Shown here piece after piece: positions 26,621-38,775 of a DNA stretch of 64,000 bases (the stretch's first letter is position 1; each line of letters opens with the position of its first letter). Position numbers and translations under genes: made by a program. The notes under the pieces are model-generated. The model saw only the letters and a list, made by a program, of their open reading frames with translations, ran no database searches and was not told where the DNA came from. The stretch spans positions 60,576,001-60,640,000 of the forward strand of contig CM052816.1 of NCBI GenBank assembly GCA_028534125.1, in the 5' to 3' direction. Source of the DNA: Lama glama. Its lineage: Eukaryota.

Positions 26621-29002
26621 AGAAAAAGAGTGAGCCCTACGTCAGAACGGTGAGAATCCACTTGGGATGAAGATGCTGTGCTTCACGTAAGGGTGGGTAT
26701 AGATTCTTAGCAGCCAGATGCTCCCATCCCTTATGGAAGAAAGGAGGAAAGGGTCAAGGAGAAAAATCAACATTAAGGACTTTTCAATCATTAAAATTCA
26801 GACTGCTCCTGGGGGTGGTACTCATTCAGGACCCCCATTAACTGGGCAAAAACAGTCATCCTTCAAAAACTTCTAGGTAAGAACTATTTTTCAGTGATAG
26901 AAAAAAATACATAAAACTAAAAAATGCATATAAAAGTGAATGGAGATAAAAATAAAAGTGAATAAAAAATAAAAATGAGTAAAAATAAAAGTGAATACAA
27001 TAGTCTGATATATTTTGAACTGCATGTGAATTTAATTTTTTTAAAAGTTTTTAACTTGAAAAGTCCATATTTTTAGTACAGTAGAGTCCTCAGAGAGGTG
27101 AAAACTAGTATTTATAGGTCATTTTCACTTTTTTTTCTTGGAACAACAACACTGTGAGGTGGGTATGATCACCATTTCCATTTGGTAAAAGAGTGAACAG
27201 AAAGGTTATGAAAGGTTAAGTGATTTGCTCAAGGCTGTGAAATTCCAGCATCAGGACTTGACTTCAGTCCTTCCATTTCACATCCACTTCCTTTCCTATT
27301 ATTTATATATTGTTTTTATTGAAAACCAAGCTCTTTTGAAAAAATTGTCTTTGATATGCAGCGCCAGCTGAAGAAACATCTAAATTCAAAGAGCAGTGGC
27401 CTTAAGCCCTTGAGAATCTCAATGGTGCCAGATCCGAAAATCAAGGTCTAAGGTACCACGAGAAATTGGAGAGGTAAAGACACAGTGATTTACCTCACAT
27501 GAGATACAGATGCAGGAAAACATTACATGAAACAGAAGATTAGATCTAAGAGGTACAGACCTCTGTAAGGAAAGATAGTGACGTCCCTCACTAATTATAA
27601 AATGGAACAGAGGCAAAACACTGGAAAAGAAAACACAGGCAAGTACCACAAGATATCAGGCATTGGTGCCATAATCTCTCAAAAAGTATTTAAGATAAAT
27701 CTAGAGGAAATCAAGTTGTATAACTTATCTCAAAGGTCATGAGACTCACTGCATCCATAGCAAACCTATGCAGAAATAGCCAAGTTTTAGTCACTAGAAT
27801 CCAAACGTACATTAACCATCAATTGTTGAAATATGTTTAAAATATGCACTAATAGTGACTTCAAAGAATAATGTTAGTCATTAGTAATAATAACCAATAG
27901 TTCTTTTAATAATTATTAATATTCATGATTAGCCATTCATAAACAAATATAAATGTACATTATAAATAGTAACATAAATAGCATTTACAATGCAACACAA
28001 AAGATTAAAAATATATTCGTCAAGCAGTCTTAAATCATTCTCAAGTTCTACTTCTCAGTATGTTAATACTTAAAGACCTAAAAGGCCATAAATTAACCAT
28101 CTGCTTTAGAAATTAAAATATTTGAACTTGTTATCCAGAAATTCTATACAGTGATACAGATGTATGTATTATATGAACGTGTGTGTGTATAATTTTTTTC
28201 CCATAGCCTCACTTCTATTCAGGGAAAGCGCTTGCTCAAAGCTTTGCTTCACATCACAACAGACAAATATTCAGAGGCAAAAGGCCACCTGGAGAAGACA
28301 GCTTCATGCAGAAGAATCTTTAATCTGAGATAAATCAACTAGAAAGCACACTTCTAAATGATCTAAATTGCCAAATGGTCTACACAAGAACTACACTGAG
28401 AAATTTAAGAAGAAAACAAACATCTTTAACTACTGACCACGTCTTCCAGTAAGCCTTTTTTTTCCTACTTCTTTGTGACTTCTTGGCTTTAAAAATTCTG
28501 ATGGGCTACCCAATTTTAACAAATTCTAACGAGATTAACACAAGAGATTAATGCATGTCATATCACTATCTAAGGCTTAGAGGAGTTTACCAAGATTAAA
28601 GACAACTTGAACACTAAAAAACAACAAAAATGAGTGTGGGGTTAGACTGGAGGGAGATAAACTAGCAGAATTTCCCATCATGAAAGAGCAACAGACAAAT
28701 TTCTATACAATATCTTAGTGCTAAGAAATGCAAAGGTAATGTGATTCTGCTGTTCAGACTTTCATATTCTCTCTGCTCCCAACAAAGCAAACAGAAAAGT
28801 ATCAGTTTCCACTTAAGTCCTAACACTCCAGTGCTACTCAGAAAGAAGGGAGGGTAACAGCTGTAAGGCCAACAAGTATAAGAAGAACCCAGGCTACAGG
28901 TAACACTAAAAATTACCACAGCAGCATCCATGCAGCAGCCATCATGTTCCAGTTTCCCCATCACAGCTGCATGGCTGTTGACTTCTTCATACAGAAATAT
29001 GT

Positions 29003-29099
29003 GTCTCAGTCACCACTCCATCAGTAGTGCTTGTCTCAGTCACCACTACAGGCACTCTCACTATGAGACAAGCACTACTGATGCAGTGGTGACTGAGAC
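29003..29099. repeat. Near-perfect inverted repeat (36-bp arms, 25-nt spacer)
   Basis: 29003-29038 is the reverse complement of 29064-29099 at 35 of 36 positions (C/C mismatch at 29018/29084). Confidence 0.97.
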
Positions 29100-29159
29100 T
29101 AAGTGCCTTCAGAACTTCTGCTCAAATAAAGCAAGATGGACAGCAACAAAAGTAGCTGT

Positions 29160-30300
29160 ATCTCAGAGGACGTGGGTTCTATGAGGACACTAAGTTAGGA
29201 AAACACACTCAAGAATGCCAGGGCGTTGGGTGCTGGGGGATGTCCTGCTTCAGCTAGGGCAGTCAGGATAGCTTCCTGAGGAAGTCAGTATTTGACTGAG
29301 AATTAAACCACAACATCTGAGGCAGACAGCACTTAAGGGAGAAGTGACGGCAAATTCAAAGACTCTGAGATGAAACCTCGGTATTAATGAGGGAAGAAGG
29401 ACCAATGTGCCTGGGGAGACCTCACTGGGACAGGTTGGGCAGGGTAGAGTGGGAGAGAGGGGCTGGATCACATTGGGCTGCCTGGAGTTTGCAAAAAGAA
29501 ATTGGGTTTTTTATCCCAACTGCACTGAGATATCATCAACAGATTTTAAGCAGAGGAGTGATATGACTTATGCTTTAAACAAGTTTATGCTTTAAAACAA
29601 GATACAAGCTAATGAATGGGGGATGGACCACAGGAAGGAAGAAGGGAAGCAGGGACACTGGTAATGTGCAGCAGTCCAAGTGAGAAAGGCGGTGTCATGG
29701 ACGAGGGTTGTGGCAGTGGAGCTGGTGAGAAGGGGCTGGTTGAAAGGTAGAGACCACAGAATGTGCACAGCTTGGGTGGTGGATGTGAAAAATCACAATT
29801 TGGGAGGCTGAAGGTACATGGTGGCGCCAATTTTTGACATGAGAAACCAAGAACTCTCCCTTGTGCTTATTAAGATGCCCCTTAGGTATCCAAGTAGACA
29901 AGCCAGGCAGATGGTTGGACAATGAGTCTGGAGCTCATGGGAGAGATCAGGACAGGAAACACCATCTTACAGGTGTTTATAGTCAAGGGATTAGTGCCAT
30001 CGCTTAAAGGAAATGTCTACACAGAGAAGAGAGCCAGGGACAAAGCCCCGAACTATTCCAACCCCTGTAGATGGAGCAAAGGAGAAGGTCCTTGTAAAAC
30101 AGAGAAGAAAAACCAAGACTCTACAGGGTCCCAGCAGAAAGAAGAGGGGTGGGTGGGGTGGGATGGACAATGCAGTGGAGAGTAGAAGGGAAGGGGAGAG
30201 AGAAGGGCAGGTGATGTGGCATCTCAGAGAATGGGAACGGCAGTGAGAGGACCAGCAGAGCTGAGGTCAGCCAGGGACCTTGGCTGTGTGATTGTCTCCT
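29160..30300 (-). mobile_element. L2 LINE fragment
   Basis: 'agattttaagcagaggagtgatatga', 'gttgtggcagtggagctggtgagaag', 'agatggttggacaatgagtctggagctca'. Confidence 0.8.
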
Positions 30301-30494
30301 GAATACTCAGCTGCTGGTGCTGAGAGGGAAGATACTTGGATTTTACCAAGTCAGAGCTGTGTTAAGGCAAGTTCACTGGAAAGGGAGACAGAGGGGCAAG
30401 GGGTTTGCTGGAGCCCAGGCTACATTCTCTGAGTTAGAAGGGAAGCCAGGCCATGAGAGGACCGAGGGCTCGCCAAGCCTTCCAGGTAATTATG

Positions 30495-31395
30495 GATGTT
30501 ATTCTTCAATATTACACTAAACCTCACCAAGTGCTCGTTTTCTAAAGGTTAGGTGCAGTAGGAATTTGAAACCGTATCAATGAATAGTTTAGACTCTGTA
30601 ACATTGTACCCATTGGTCTGTCCTGCACTTTGAATGGATGGACCTTTCATCCATGCAAAATTTTGTTAAATTGTCTATCGGTCATTTGGAAAATACTCAT
30701 TCCTTATATGATACAGATCTTCCAAAAACTGACACATCAGGAAGGTCTTTAAAGTATCTGGGAAGCTTTCAAGCTCAGGGTAGTAGATAGAAGTTTTCCA
30801 AAATTCTGATTTTCACTTGAAGGCTTATATTCATCATTGGTAACCAGTACAATCAGTTATTTTCCTGAAATGGCAGGATGACTTCTTTCAAGAAAATGTC
30901 TGTCAAATAACCAAGTCTGATAACCATAGTTTTTCCGCTAGTCATGCTTTTAAGCAAAAAATAGTGTTCCATGGAGAAAAACTGGCTAGTTCAGCTCACA
31001 ATTCAAACAATCACACCAGCGCTTTTCCTTGAGACAACCATTGTATTTCATTCTGCAGAGGTGCTTTGTGCATACTTCCTATTTCACCACATAGAATATT
31101 AAAAAGAAGTGCTCTCAAGGGGTGAGATATAATAAAATTAATAATATTTTACTGCTCCATCAAGAACATTTCTTAAGTGCAACTGGCATTATTTACTGCA
31201 AGTGAGAGTTAAGGAAAAAAACCACTCATACCATTTGGTGCTCAGGTGCTAGAAGTTTCAGTCACCATTGCTTTTGCCCATCAGTGCAAACATCAACACA
31301 GTAAATATTATGTCTCAGTATAATTAAGAAAACAACTGTGACCTTACAGACCATTGAGACGGTCCGGTGGACCCCAAGGAGTTTGGGAACCATTA
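30495..31395 (-). mobile_element. Charlie1/Charlie1a hAT DNA transposon fragment with decayed transposase
   Basis: The minus strand near 30980-31050 reads EIQWLSQGKALV*LFEL*AELAS, resembling the hAT-Charlie 'EVRWLSRGK' block; 'aagttttccaaaattctgattttcacttgaa' and a Charlie1-like terminus near 31340-31395. Confidence 0.85.
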
Positions 31396-31799
31396 GCCCC
31401 GGGCGTGGCCATGAATATGTGTGTGGCTGAACTCAGAGGAAGAAGGGTCTGCTGGACTGAGGAAGCCAAGGAGCTGAGAGGCCTGAATGCTGACTTGACC
31501 GTAGTATGGAGGCTAATGTTTCTGAGAACAACAGGAGGATTAAGGGAAAGGGAGAAAACAAGAAACGAGGCGATACTGATGTTAATGAATGAGTGAGTGA
31601 GATTAGGAAGAGGCCAAAGCCTGATGACACGTGCTTCAGAGAAGGCAGATTTTCTAAGAAGAAGGAACAGTAGCTCGGAAGTGGCAATAGCAGCAGCGAG
31701 AACACCTTCCCTGCTTCCAAGCTCTGACATACACCAGGTAAGGGAGAGGGACCACGGCTGCTGGAAACCAGCCAGGGGGTGGGCTTTGGGCTCACCTTC

Positions 31800-31995
31800 A
31801 CTGGTTCCTCTTATCTATGGCATGGGTCTCAGATCCACACCTCACCATCACCTGGGGGACTGTTTAAAAACAATCAAGCTTGGGGCTCCACACCAAAAAA
31901 ATTCTAACTCAAGAAGTCTGGGATGGGCCCTGGGCAACTTATCCTTTCAGTGATCTCCCTGATGATTCTGATGCCTGGTCCACATTGAAAACAAA
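31800..31995. mobile_element. MER5A-like hAT remnant
   Basis: 'catcacctgggggactgtttaaaaac...gtctgggatgggccctgggcaa...ctccctgatgattctgatgc...ccacattgaaaa'. Confidence 0.75.
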
Positions 31996-33698
31996 CAGCA
32001 GGTAGGAGAAATGCCATTTGAACTTGACCACATCTCTATAAAGCCTCCACTCTAGCCAACTGTAAGAGTTTGATTTCCTCCCCAAGTATGTGCACATACC
32101 ATCTTCCTCACCTAAAATACTCTACCCCTACCTGTGTAAGCCTTCCCTTGTTTGAAGCTTTTCGGTAACCATCACCACCCTGGTGAAGGCCACCCACTCT
32201 CCACTGTACTTGCTAGTCTGTTTCTCTTGTCAGTTTCACACCCATGGGCTGCTGTGCTGTCTCTAAATGTGCTCTGGCCTCATCTCAACCGAAAGCTCCT
32301 GGAGAGCTGAGGCTGTATCTAGGGGATTTGAGAGCATCCAGCACTGGGTTTTACAACAGTGGGCATTTAAAATATGTGATTTCAAATCACATTTTGCTCA
32401 TATTGTTAGTGACTGTGGCCAGTGAATTTCTTCCATGTTCTTGTGGAGGAGTGAAAACAAAACACCCATTTGGTGGTTCAGAGATTTCATTTCCAAGTCA
32501 GGGTTTTCCTGAAAGGGCTTCACTTACTAAAAGAATGTGAAAGTGAATAATAAAGTCTTTATTTTATGGCTTTCGTTTCCCTGTAAAACATTCACTTACT
32601 TTAAAATATTTTAATCTTGGATTGTTTTCAAGTGTGTTACAATTGTAAAATTATATTACAGGCATCAACATTGTAAAAACTTTCATACTTGATAGGATTA
32701 CAATACTGATCTTTAAAGACTGCTGCAAGCAAGGCAAAGCACAGAATAAACATTATTAAGAAGGTCCCGGGGGGGCCTCGCTGCTAACTCCGCAACAGAG
32801 GACTTTAAAATTTCAGTGCCAAGAACATGTTAAACGGAGCGAGACCCACTAGTCCCTAGAAAAAAATCTTGTGAAATCTTGTAACTTTTGCACTATTGTG
32901 GCTAGTTCATTTGGGAGCTTTTTAATCCAATGGAAAACAATACAGTTAAACTTTACCATCAAAAAATATATTTTTGCACTCATGCAGGCTAAATATTTTC
33001 AGTACTCAATTTTATACAAGACTGTCTAACCACACCCCTTTCTCTTTTCTTCTTACCTGCCTGACAGCTACCATTGACCTATTTCAAAGCACACCGGGAA
33101 ACTTACTGCAGAATGATTGAGGAATCAAAAGATGAAGAATGAAACGCAAATGAGTTGATTAATTATTAGAATCTCTAGCAAAATGATTTAATAAGTCCAC
33201 TCCCTGGAAGCAGGCAGTAAAAGACCCACTAGAGTGTTCTGGTGGTGAACAGCTACTGCCTGTAACATATAAGGAACACCTGCCAGGGATGGAAGGTGAG
33301 CAGGAGCTGCTCCGCCCGCTGGGTCTAGACTCTGCGATTCAGGACAGCCCTCAATTAAGGCCAAGCAAGAGCCATCAAAAGAGGTGGACTTAAAGTACGA
33401 ATATAAGCACAGAAAAGTTTACATAGGGAGAAAGAGGATGTGAAGAAGCAAGGAGAGAAAGAAGTGTGCCCACATTGCTGGTCCAATCACAGCTAACTGA
33501 GAATTAAGGATGAATTTTCTTTTAACTCTTGACGAAGTTTTTCTTACCATGGAATTGACTTCTCAACAGGAGGAGAGAATCATCTTTTATATAACATATA
33601 AGGGTGTACTGTAACATTCAGTATCTTTCCAGGCTACACAAAAATAGCTAAGACTTTCACCAGGGATATCCTATATACATCCTTGGACTCCTTCAATT

Positions 33699-33740
33699 AC
33701 ACACACAGACACATACACACACACACACGCACACACACAC
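33699..33740. repeat. Imperfect (CA)n microsatellite
   Basis: 'acacacacagacacatacacacacacacacgcacacacacac'. Confidence 0.95.
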
Positions 33741-35064
33741 TCTTTCCTCGATCTAAGTCAAAATAAAATTGGGTACCACTAACTGTACATTATTAATAAA
33801 GCCTCAATTACAGCCTCAATCTTGGACGTAAACAACCATTACTATAAACAACTGGATGGCTATTATCAAGATTATTTCCTATGTAGCCTTTTCTTTTTAT
33901 TTATTGTAACCCACCGGCTCTGAAAAATATTTTACTCAATTTACTTTCTGCACTTAAAAATGGCCTTAATATGATATATTTCTTTGGTTTTGGCAAGAAT
34001 CCTAGGGGAGTTAAGACACTTGGAAAAAAACACTAATTTGAAATTAAGCCATCAGAAGCAACAGTACAAAAAGCAACAATTTCTTAAAGAATTCTCCAGC
34101 AAAGCAATCTGAAATGCCCTAGTTTTCCCAAGAAAATTTATCTTATTTATTCAAAATGTCTTAGAGTATACAATTAGCGGGAAGAGGAAACCAATGCAGT
34201 TCAAATGCTCAGCAGCAATCACAACTTCAGTTCCACTACATACCAGGTTTTGGAACCTTAGGCAAGTTGCTAACCTCAACTACTAAGTTACCGTCATTCT
34301 AAATGAGTTACCTGGAGGAGAAAATAAAATTCAGTGAGGCAATATTACCTAAGTCACTTAGCTAAGTGCACTCAAAAGCAATCACACAAGTTTGTGGAAC
34401 TGAAAATGCCCAATTCTTCTTTACCAACCCAGCTTGAAAGCAGGTGCCAATATTTGACTTCAGGATGTCCCACAGGCCTCGGGATGCTGGAGAGAGCAGT
34501 CATCCTGCATAGAGGCGCCGTCGGCACCATCATCAGTGATCATATCCACGCTCCTAGGACTGCGGGAGTAAGGTTATTAAAGGAGAGACAACTTCACCAG
34601 AAGCTCTATGGCTCTGGCTCTCTTAGAATTCGCCTCCTCAAACTGTCAACAATGTCAGATGAAAAGCTCTGTAGCTGTTCCCTTCTCTCAGGACTCACAC
34701 AAGCACACAAAGAAGGCTCACCAGGAGCGAGCCACTTGAGTGAGGTAAACACAGTCCAGAGAAGGAAGCCACAAGGTGTCTTTTGGAACATTCTAGTATT
34801 TGGAGAAAAGGAGATCGGAGAAAATTCTTAAGGTGGACAGCTAATGACAATATGAAGCTTTAGATCATGGCTAGGAAGCAATGACTAGAAGAAAACTACA
34901 GCAAATACTTTTAACCCAAGAATGAAAACGAATACACAATTCCTCAATAAAGGTTATGTGGTCACTGAAACAATATGAGAAACATAAAAACTGATCTCCT
35001 TCCAAGATCCCAGTCCTATAAATACTTATCAAATAGCAGTACTAAATACATTATACTGACAAAA

Positions 35065-35275
35065 TATGCCCGGATTCTCCAAACATGCCTTTATTATTTA
35101 ATCCTTAAATTAGCAATCCTGGCATGTAGACAAGGCCGGTATCATGGTTCTCATTTTACAAATGAAGAAACTGAGGCTTGAAAAGCTAAATGACTTGTCC
35201 AAGGTCACAGGCCCAGTAAGTGGGGGAACAGGAAGAGAACTGCCCTAAATCAGAGCTGTTCCATCCATCACCCCA
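35065..35275 (-). mobile_element. MIR SINE
   Basis: 'cattttacaaatgaagaaactgaggcttg...aaatgacttgtccaaggtcacag' (MIR core). Confidence 0.85.
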
Positions 35276-36059
35276 CATAGATTAATTATTTCTTATAATG
35301 ATTAATGCGACTGCAAGGACTCTTAACTGTTCCAAAATGTTTCCACGCCACACGCTTACAATACACTTAAAGTTTTCCAACAGGGAGGGCCAATTCTAGG
35401 CGTAGCCAAATCATGTGAAATAACAAAAACCCAAAAGATCTATGTTACTACTCAGTAGTATGGAGAAAACATAATTTGAGATTCTATTACTCTCTTGTAA
35501 TTCTTGGGCTTTCCACGCAGATAGTACTGTATACCAGACTACACCACCAGGCATGGTCCATTTTAATGACTGTTAGGATAAAAAGTAAACTGTTTAATCA
35601 GAAATGCAGAGCTAAGGTTATCTAGTCCCTGGAGATGTTATTCATCAACCTCAGGGACAGACCAGCACCCAGAGGTAACCAGCACACACTAAAAAAGGGC
35701 AGGCTTAGAATTCCCAACGATTTGGAAGCATTGGCTTTTAAGATCAAGATAGGTCAGACAAACAGTAAGATACTGGGCTAAGGTTTCTCAGGAGGGAAAA
35801 CAGAGAGGGAGAGAGATGTCTCTGTGAAGGGCAAGTCAATAGGAGAAGAGTCAGTGTCCGGGAAGGGCAGACCATCTAAAAGCACGGAGTCATCACCCGG
35901 GGCGTGGTAGACGCGAGCCCTGAAAGGAGACCCACCTCCCCTCTCTTTGGGATCGTGGGGTACAGTACAGACTGAAGCTGGCCCTGGTCTCTCTTCAAGA
36001 GCTCACAGCTGTTTCAGAGGAGACTGAAGATAAAATGACAAAGCAGCATGCGATCAGAC

Positions 36060-36275
36060 AGATAGCCTGAAGAAAAGAATACTAAGTAGCAATTAATGGT
36101 CTTCACGAATATGAAGAATTCTTATAAAGATCAAAGTAACCAACTGTTTTCATTTTCACTAAAGCTTAAATTGCAAAACGAGAAACTGTTTAAGCAGAGC
36201 AGTTACTGACTCTTAAGACACTGTTACTAGGAGACCCTCAGATCCTCCTTTAAATTTTTTTTCCCCAGGGATAGA
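36060..36275 (+). mobile_element. CR1/L3 LINE 3' fragment
   Basis: 'tagcctgaagaaaagaatactaag...gtcttcacgaatatgaag...accaactgttttcattttcact...gcttaaattgca' resembles the end of CR1 ORF2. Confidence 0.6.
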
Positions 36276-36620
36276 ACAAAATGCCTGAAATAAAATGCCT
36301 GAAATGCCTGGAAGAAGTCCTTTTGTGGTTCTGTTCTGATGAGGAGAGGTTAGGAGCAGAAATTTACATGTAACGCTTTTCAACCAAATTTTACCAAATG
36401 CTCCTCTTCATTTGAGTACACCCCTGGTCCCCATATACTGGAAGGGCTGCCTGGCCTTAGTGGCCAGTCTTGGTCTGTAAAAGGTCCTTCCCCACCCCTC
36501 CCCCAGCTGTCCAGAACATCTCAGCCCCTGAAATCACTGAACAGGAATCGTTTTCCATATGCTAATCTTGTTCAATTTAGCAATCATGCTTTCCTCTTTG
36601 TCTCATTCCAGAAGTACTGG

Positions 36621-36728
36621 CAAGGTCCGAGGTTCAATCCCCAGTACCTCCATTTAAACAAACAAACAAACAAACTTAATTATCTGTCCCCACCCCCAGC
36701 AAAATGAAACAACAACAAAAAACAAAAG
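36621..36728 (+). mobile_element. 5'-truncated camelid tRNA-derived SINE (Vic-1-like)
   Basis: B-box 'ggttcaatcc', then 'ccagtacctccatt', (AAAC)n, 'taattat' and an A-rich tail; perfect 13-bp target-site duplication ccagaagtactgg at 36608-36620 and 36729-36741. Confidence 0.85.
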
Positions 36729-37791
36729 CCAGAAGTACTGGAAAAGATACCATTCTACTCACTACCCACCTCTGAGAGTCTGTGGAAAGACTGGGACTTT
36801 TCTTGTCCAGGGAAACAGAAAAAGGTGTTAAGAGCCAGCCTCTTTGCATCCTTACGCTTCCAACATAGCACAGGGTCTTGGTCACCCCTGCAGGTTCAAC
36901 CTCTGCAGAATTCAGCCCTGCAAAATGGCAACTGTGCAGATTAGCCTGGCCAATTAAGGCTCAGTGTGCCCCAACTTGGTCTGAAACCATGAAGGAAACT
37001 GGCTCCAGACAGTGCTTGAGGAGGTGTGATTGCCAGAACCTTCCTAAGGTTACTTCATACCTATTTGAGCGGGCATGTCAAAGCTGAAGGCACCCTACAC
37101 AATGTGCCCTGTGATACTGATGTTGTAGAGCAGTCTTGGAAAATAGGTCATCCTTTTTGGCCTACTTGGCACAGGGATGCTCCAAGGCAGAGGCACCTGA
37201 ACCCAGTGTGCACTGAGCTTAAACAACAACACCACCACCACTAATCTGAAGTTCTATGACCTTAGGTGGATAGTGAGTCACGCTGCATTAATGTCTAAAC
37301 CAAACCAGAGTTTCTCCCGACCATGGAAAAGTTTGACAATTCTCATGGATATAAGATTTGGACATGACAGTCCAGCTACTTGTGCAGTATAAACACAAGC
37401 TAAAGTTCTGTGCCACATGCACACACCTGGAGAACTCCATCATCATCTTCCAGTATGACACACAGCATCAAGTGAATTTAGGATCCATGGTTTTTTTTAA
37501 AATCAACTTTGTCCTTAAAAAAAAACCAAAAAACTGCTAGAAAACAAAAAAGGTTTGAAACCAAACAATTTCACGTAGACAACTGATGTTAAGATTCCCC
37601 CAATCCACTAAAAAAAAAATTTTTTTTAAAGAAAGAATATGATTTGCACACTTGACGTTCAGCCCTACAAATAACAATTCAAAACTCCTTGAAATGAATG
37701 AGTTTACCTAAATTAAGGCTTCAATATGATGGCTATATTTTCATATTTTAAATTTTGTATAAATGCTTTTCATGTATAAGGTACCAAATTA

Positions 37792-37877
37792 GGGGGGAGG
37801 GTACAGCTCAGTGGTAGAGCACGTGCTTGGCATGCATGAGGGCCTGGGTTCAATCCCCAGTATCTCCATTAAGATAA

Positions 37878-37908
<31 letters not shown>

Positions 37909-37951
37909 AATTAATTACCTTTCCCTCCAAAAGTTTTTAATAAAAAATTTA
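37792..37951 (+). mobile_element. Full-length camelid tRNA-derived SINE (Vic-1-like)
   Basis: 'ggggggagggtacagctcagtggtagagcacgtgcttggcatgcatgagggcctgggttcaatccccagtatctcc' with A and B boxes, (AATA)n and 'taattacct'; target-site duplication aaggtacca(a/c)atta at 37778-37791 and 37952-37965. Confidence 0.9.
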
Positions 37952-38509
37952 AAGGTACCACATTAAGTATTTGACAACACCCAAGATTGCATGCTGTAAC
38001 CCCTGCCCACAGAGCTCACACACTCTTACAAAGCAGGGAGTGGGAGTGGGGGGCGGGGGGCGAAGGGGGATGGTTTGAAACGGAGGGAAGAGAAATTGGA
38101 ACCTCCAAAGTAATTTTTTTAAAAGAGCATAAAACGTAGGGGTGACAGTGGGGAAGAAACAAGGGGAAGAGTTGATCATGGGCCAAAGAGGAAGCAATCC
38201 AACGTGAAGCACACAATTGGAATTTTGTTATTGTGAAACGTGCTGCTTTTAAGTTCCGTCCTGGCAGAGGAGCTAACAGAGGATAACTTTGTCCTAACAG
38301 GGGACAGCTGAGAAAGATAAACAGGAGCCCTTCCTGGAAATCTTTTTAAAATAGCTTTACTTCCATGACCAATTTTTAATCTCAGTTTTAAACCTCCAAA
38401 TTAAGAAATTCATTATGAATCTTCAGTTTACTCACTCAGAAAAAGACATTTTTATAAAACTGTCGTATGCTTCTGAAAGTGTACATGGCCCTAATAAAAA
38501 CCTAGTAAC

Positions 38510-38775
38510 AGCGGTAACAGTAGTCGTAACTACTAATGGCTGTCATTCGTTACGTGAAGATTATTGTGCCACGTACTGTTTAAGTACTTAAAGATATTAA
38601 CTCAGTTAATCCTATAACCACCCTCTGAGGGTAAGGAATGTTATTATCTCCATTTTACTGGTCAAGAAACTAAGGCGTACGTGAGGTTACTACTGCTCTA
38701 AGTCACAAAACTATTGTCGGGGCCAAGATTTTAACCCAGGTGGTCTGATTCTAGTGCCCTCATTTCTGTCCTCCA
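38510..38775 (-). mobile_element. MIR SINE
   Basis: 'attaactcagttaatcctataaccaccct...ttattatctccattttactggtcaagaaactaaggc...aacccaggtggtctgattcta'. Confidence 0.85.

Noticed and set aside
26930..27000. Repeated 'aaaataaaagtgaat' units
   Set aside because: Low-complexity A-rich slippage with no unique spacers; not a CRISPR-like array
31344..31953. Cluster of overlapping ORFs of 80-128 aa
   Set aside because: Spans the Charlie end, a purine-rich spacer and MER5A; consistent with chance ORFs
34334..34831. 165-aa plus-strand ORF and a CpG-containing patch
   Set aside because: Starts in MIR-like sequence at a non-ATG codon, with no homology I recognise; the minus-strand exon reading also hits stops
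36278..36310. Short tandem 'aaatgcctg' repeats; similar small duplications at about 42072-42107 and 55268-55320
   Set aside because: Ordinary local slippage duplications
37792..37875. tRNA-like gene with A and B boxes
   Set aside because: It is the head of a SINE: it has a simple-repeat tail and a target-site duplication and lacks a proper acceptor stem
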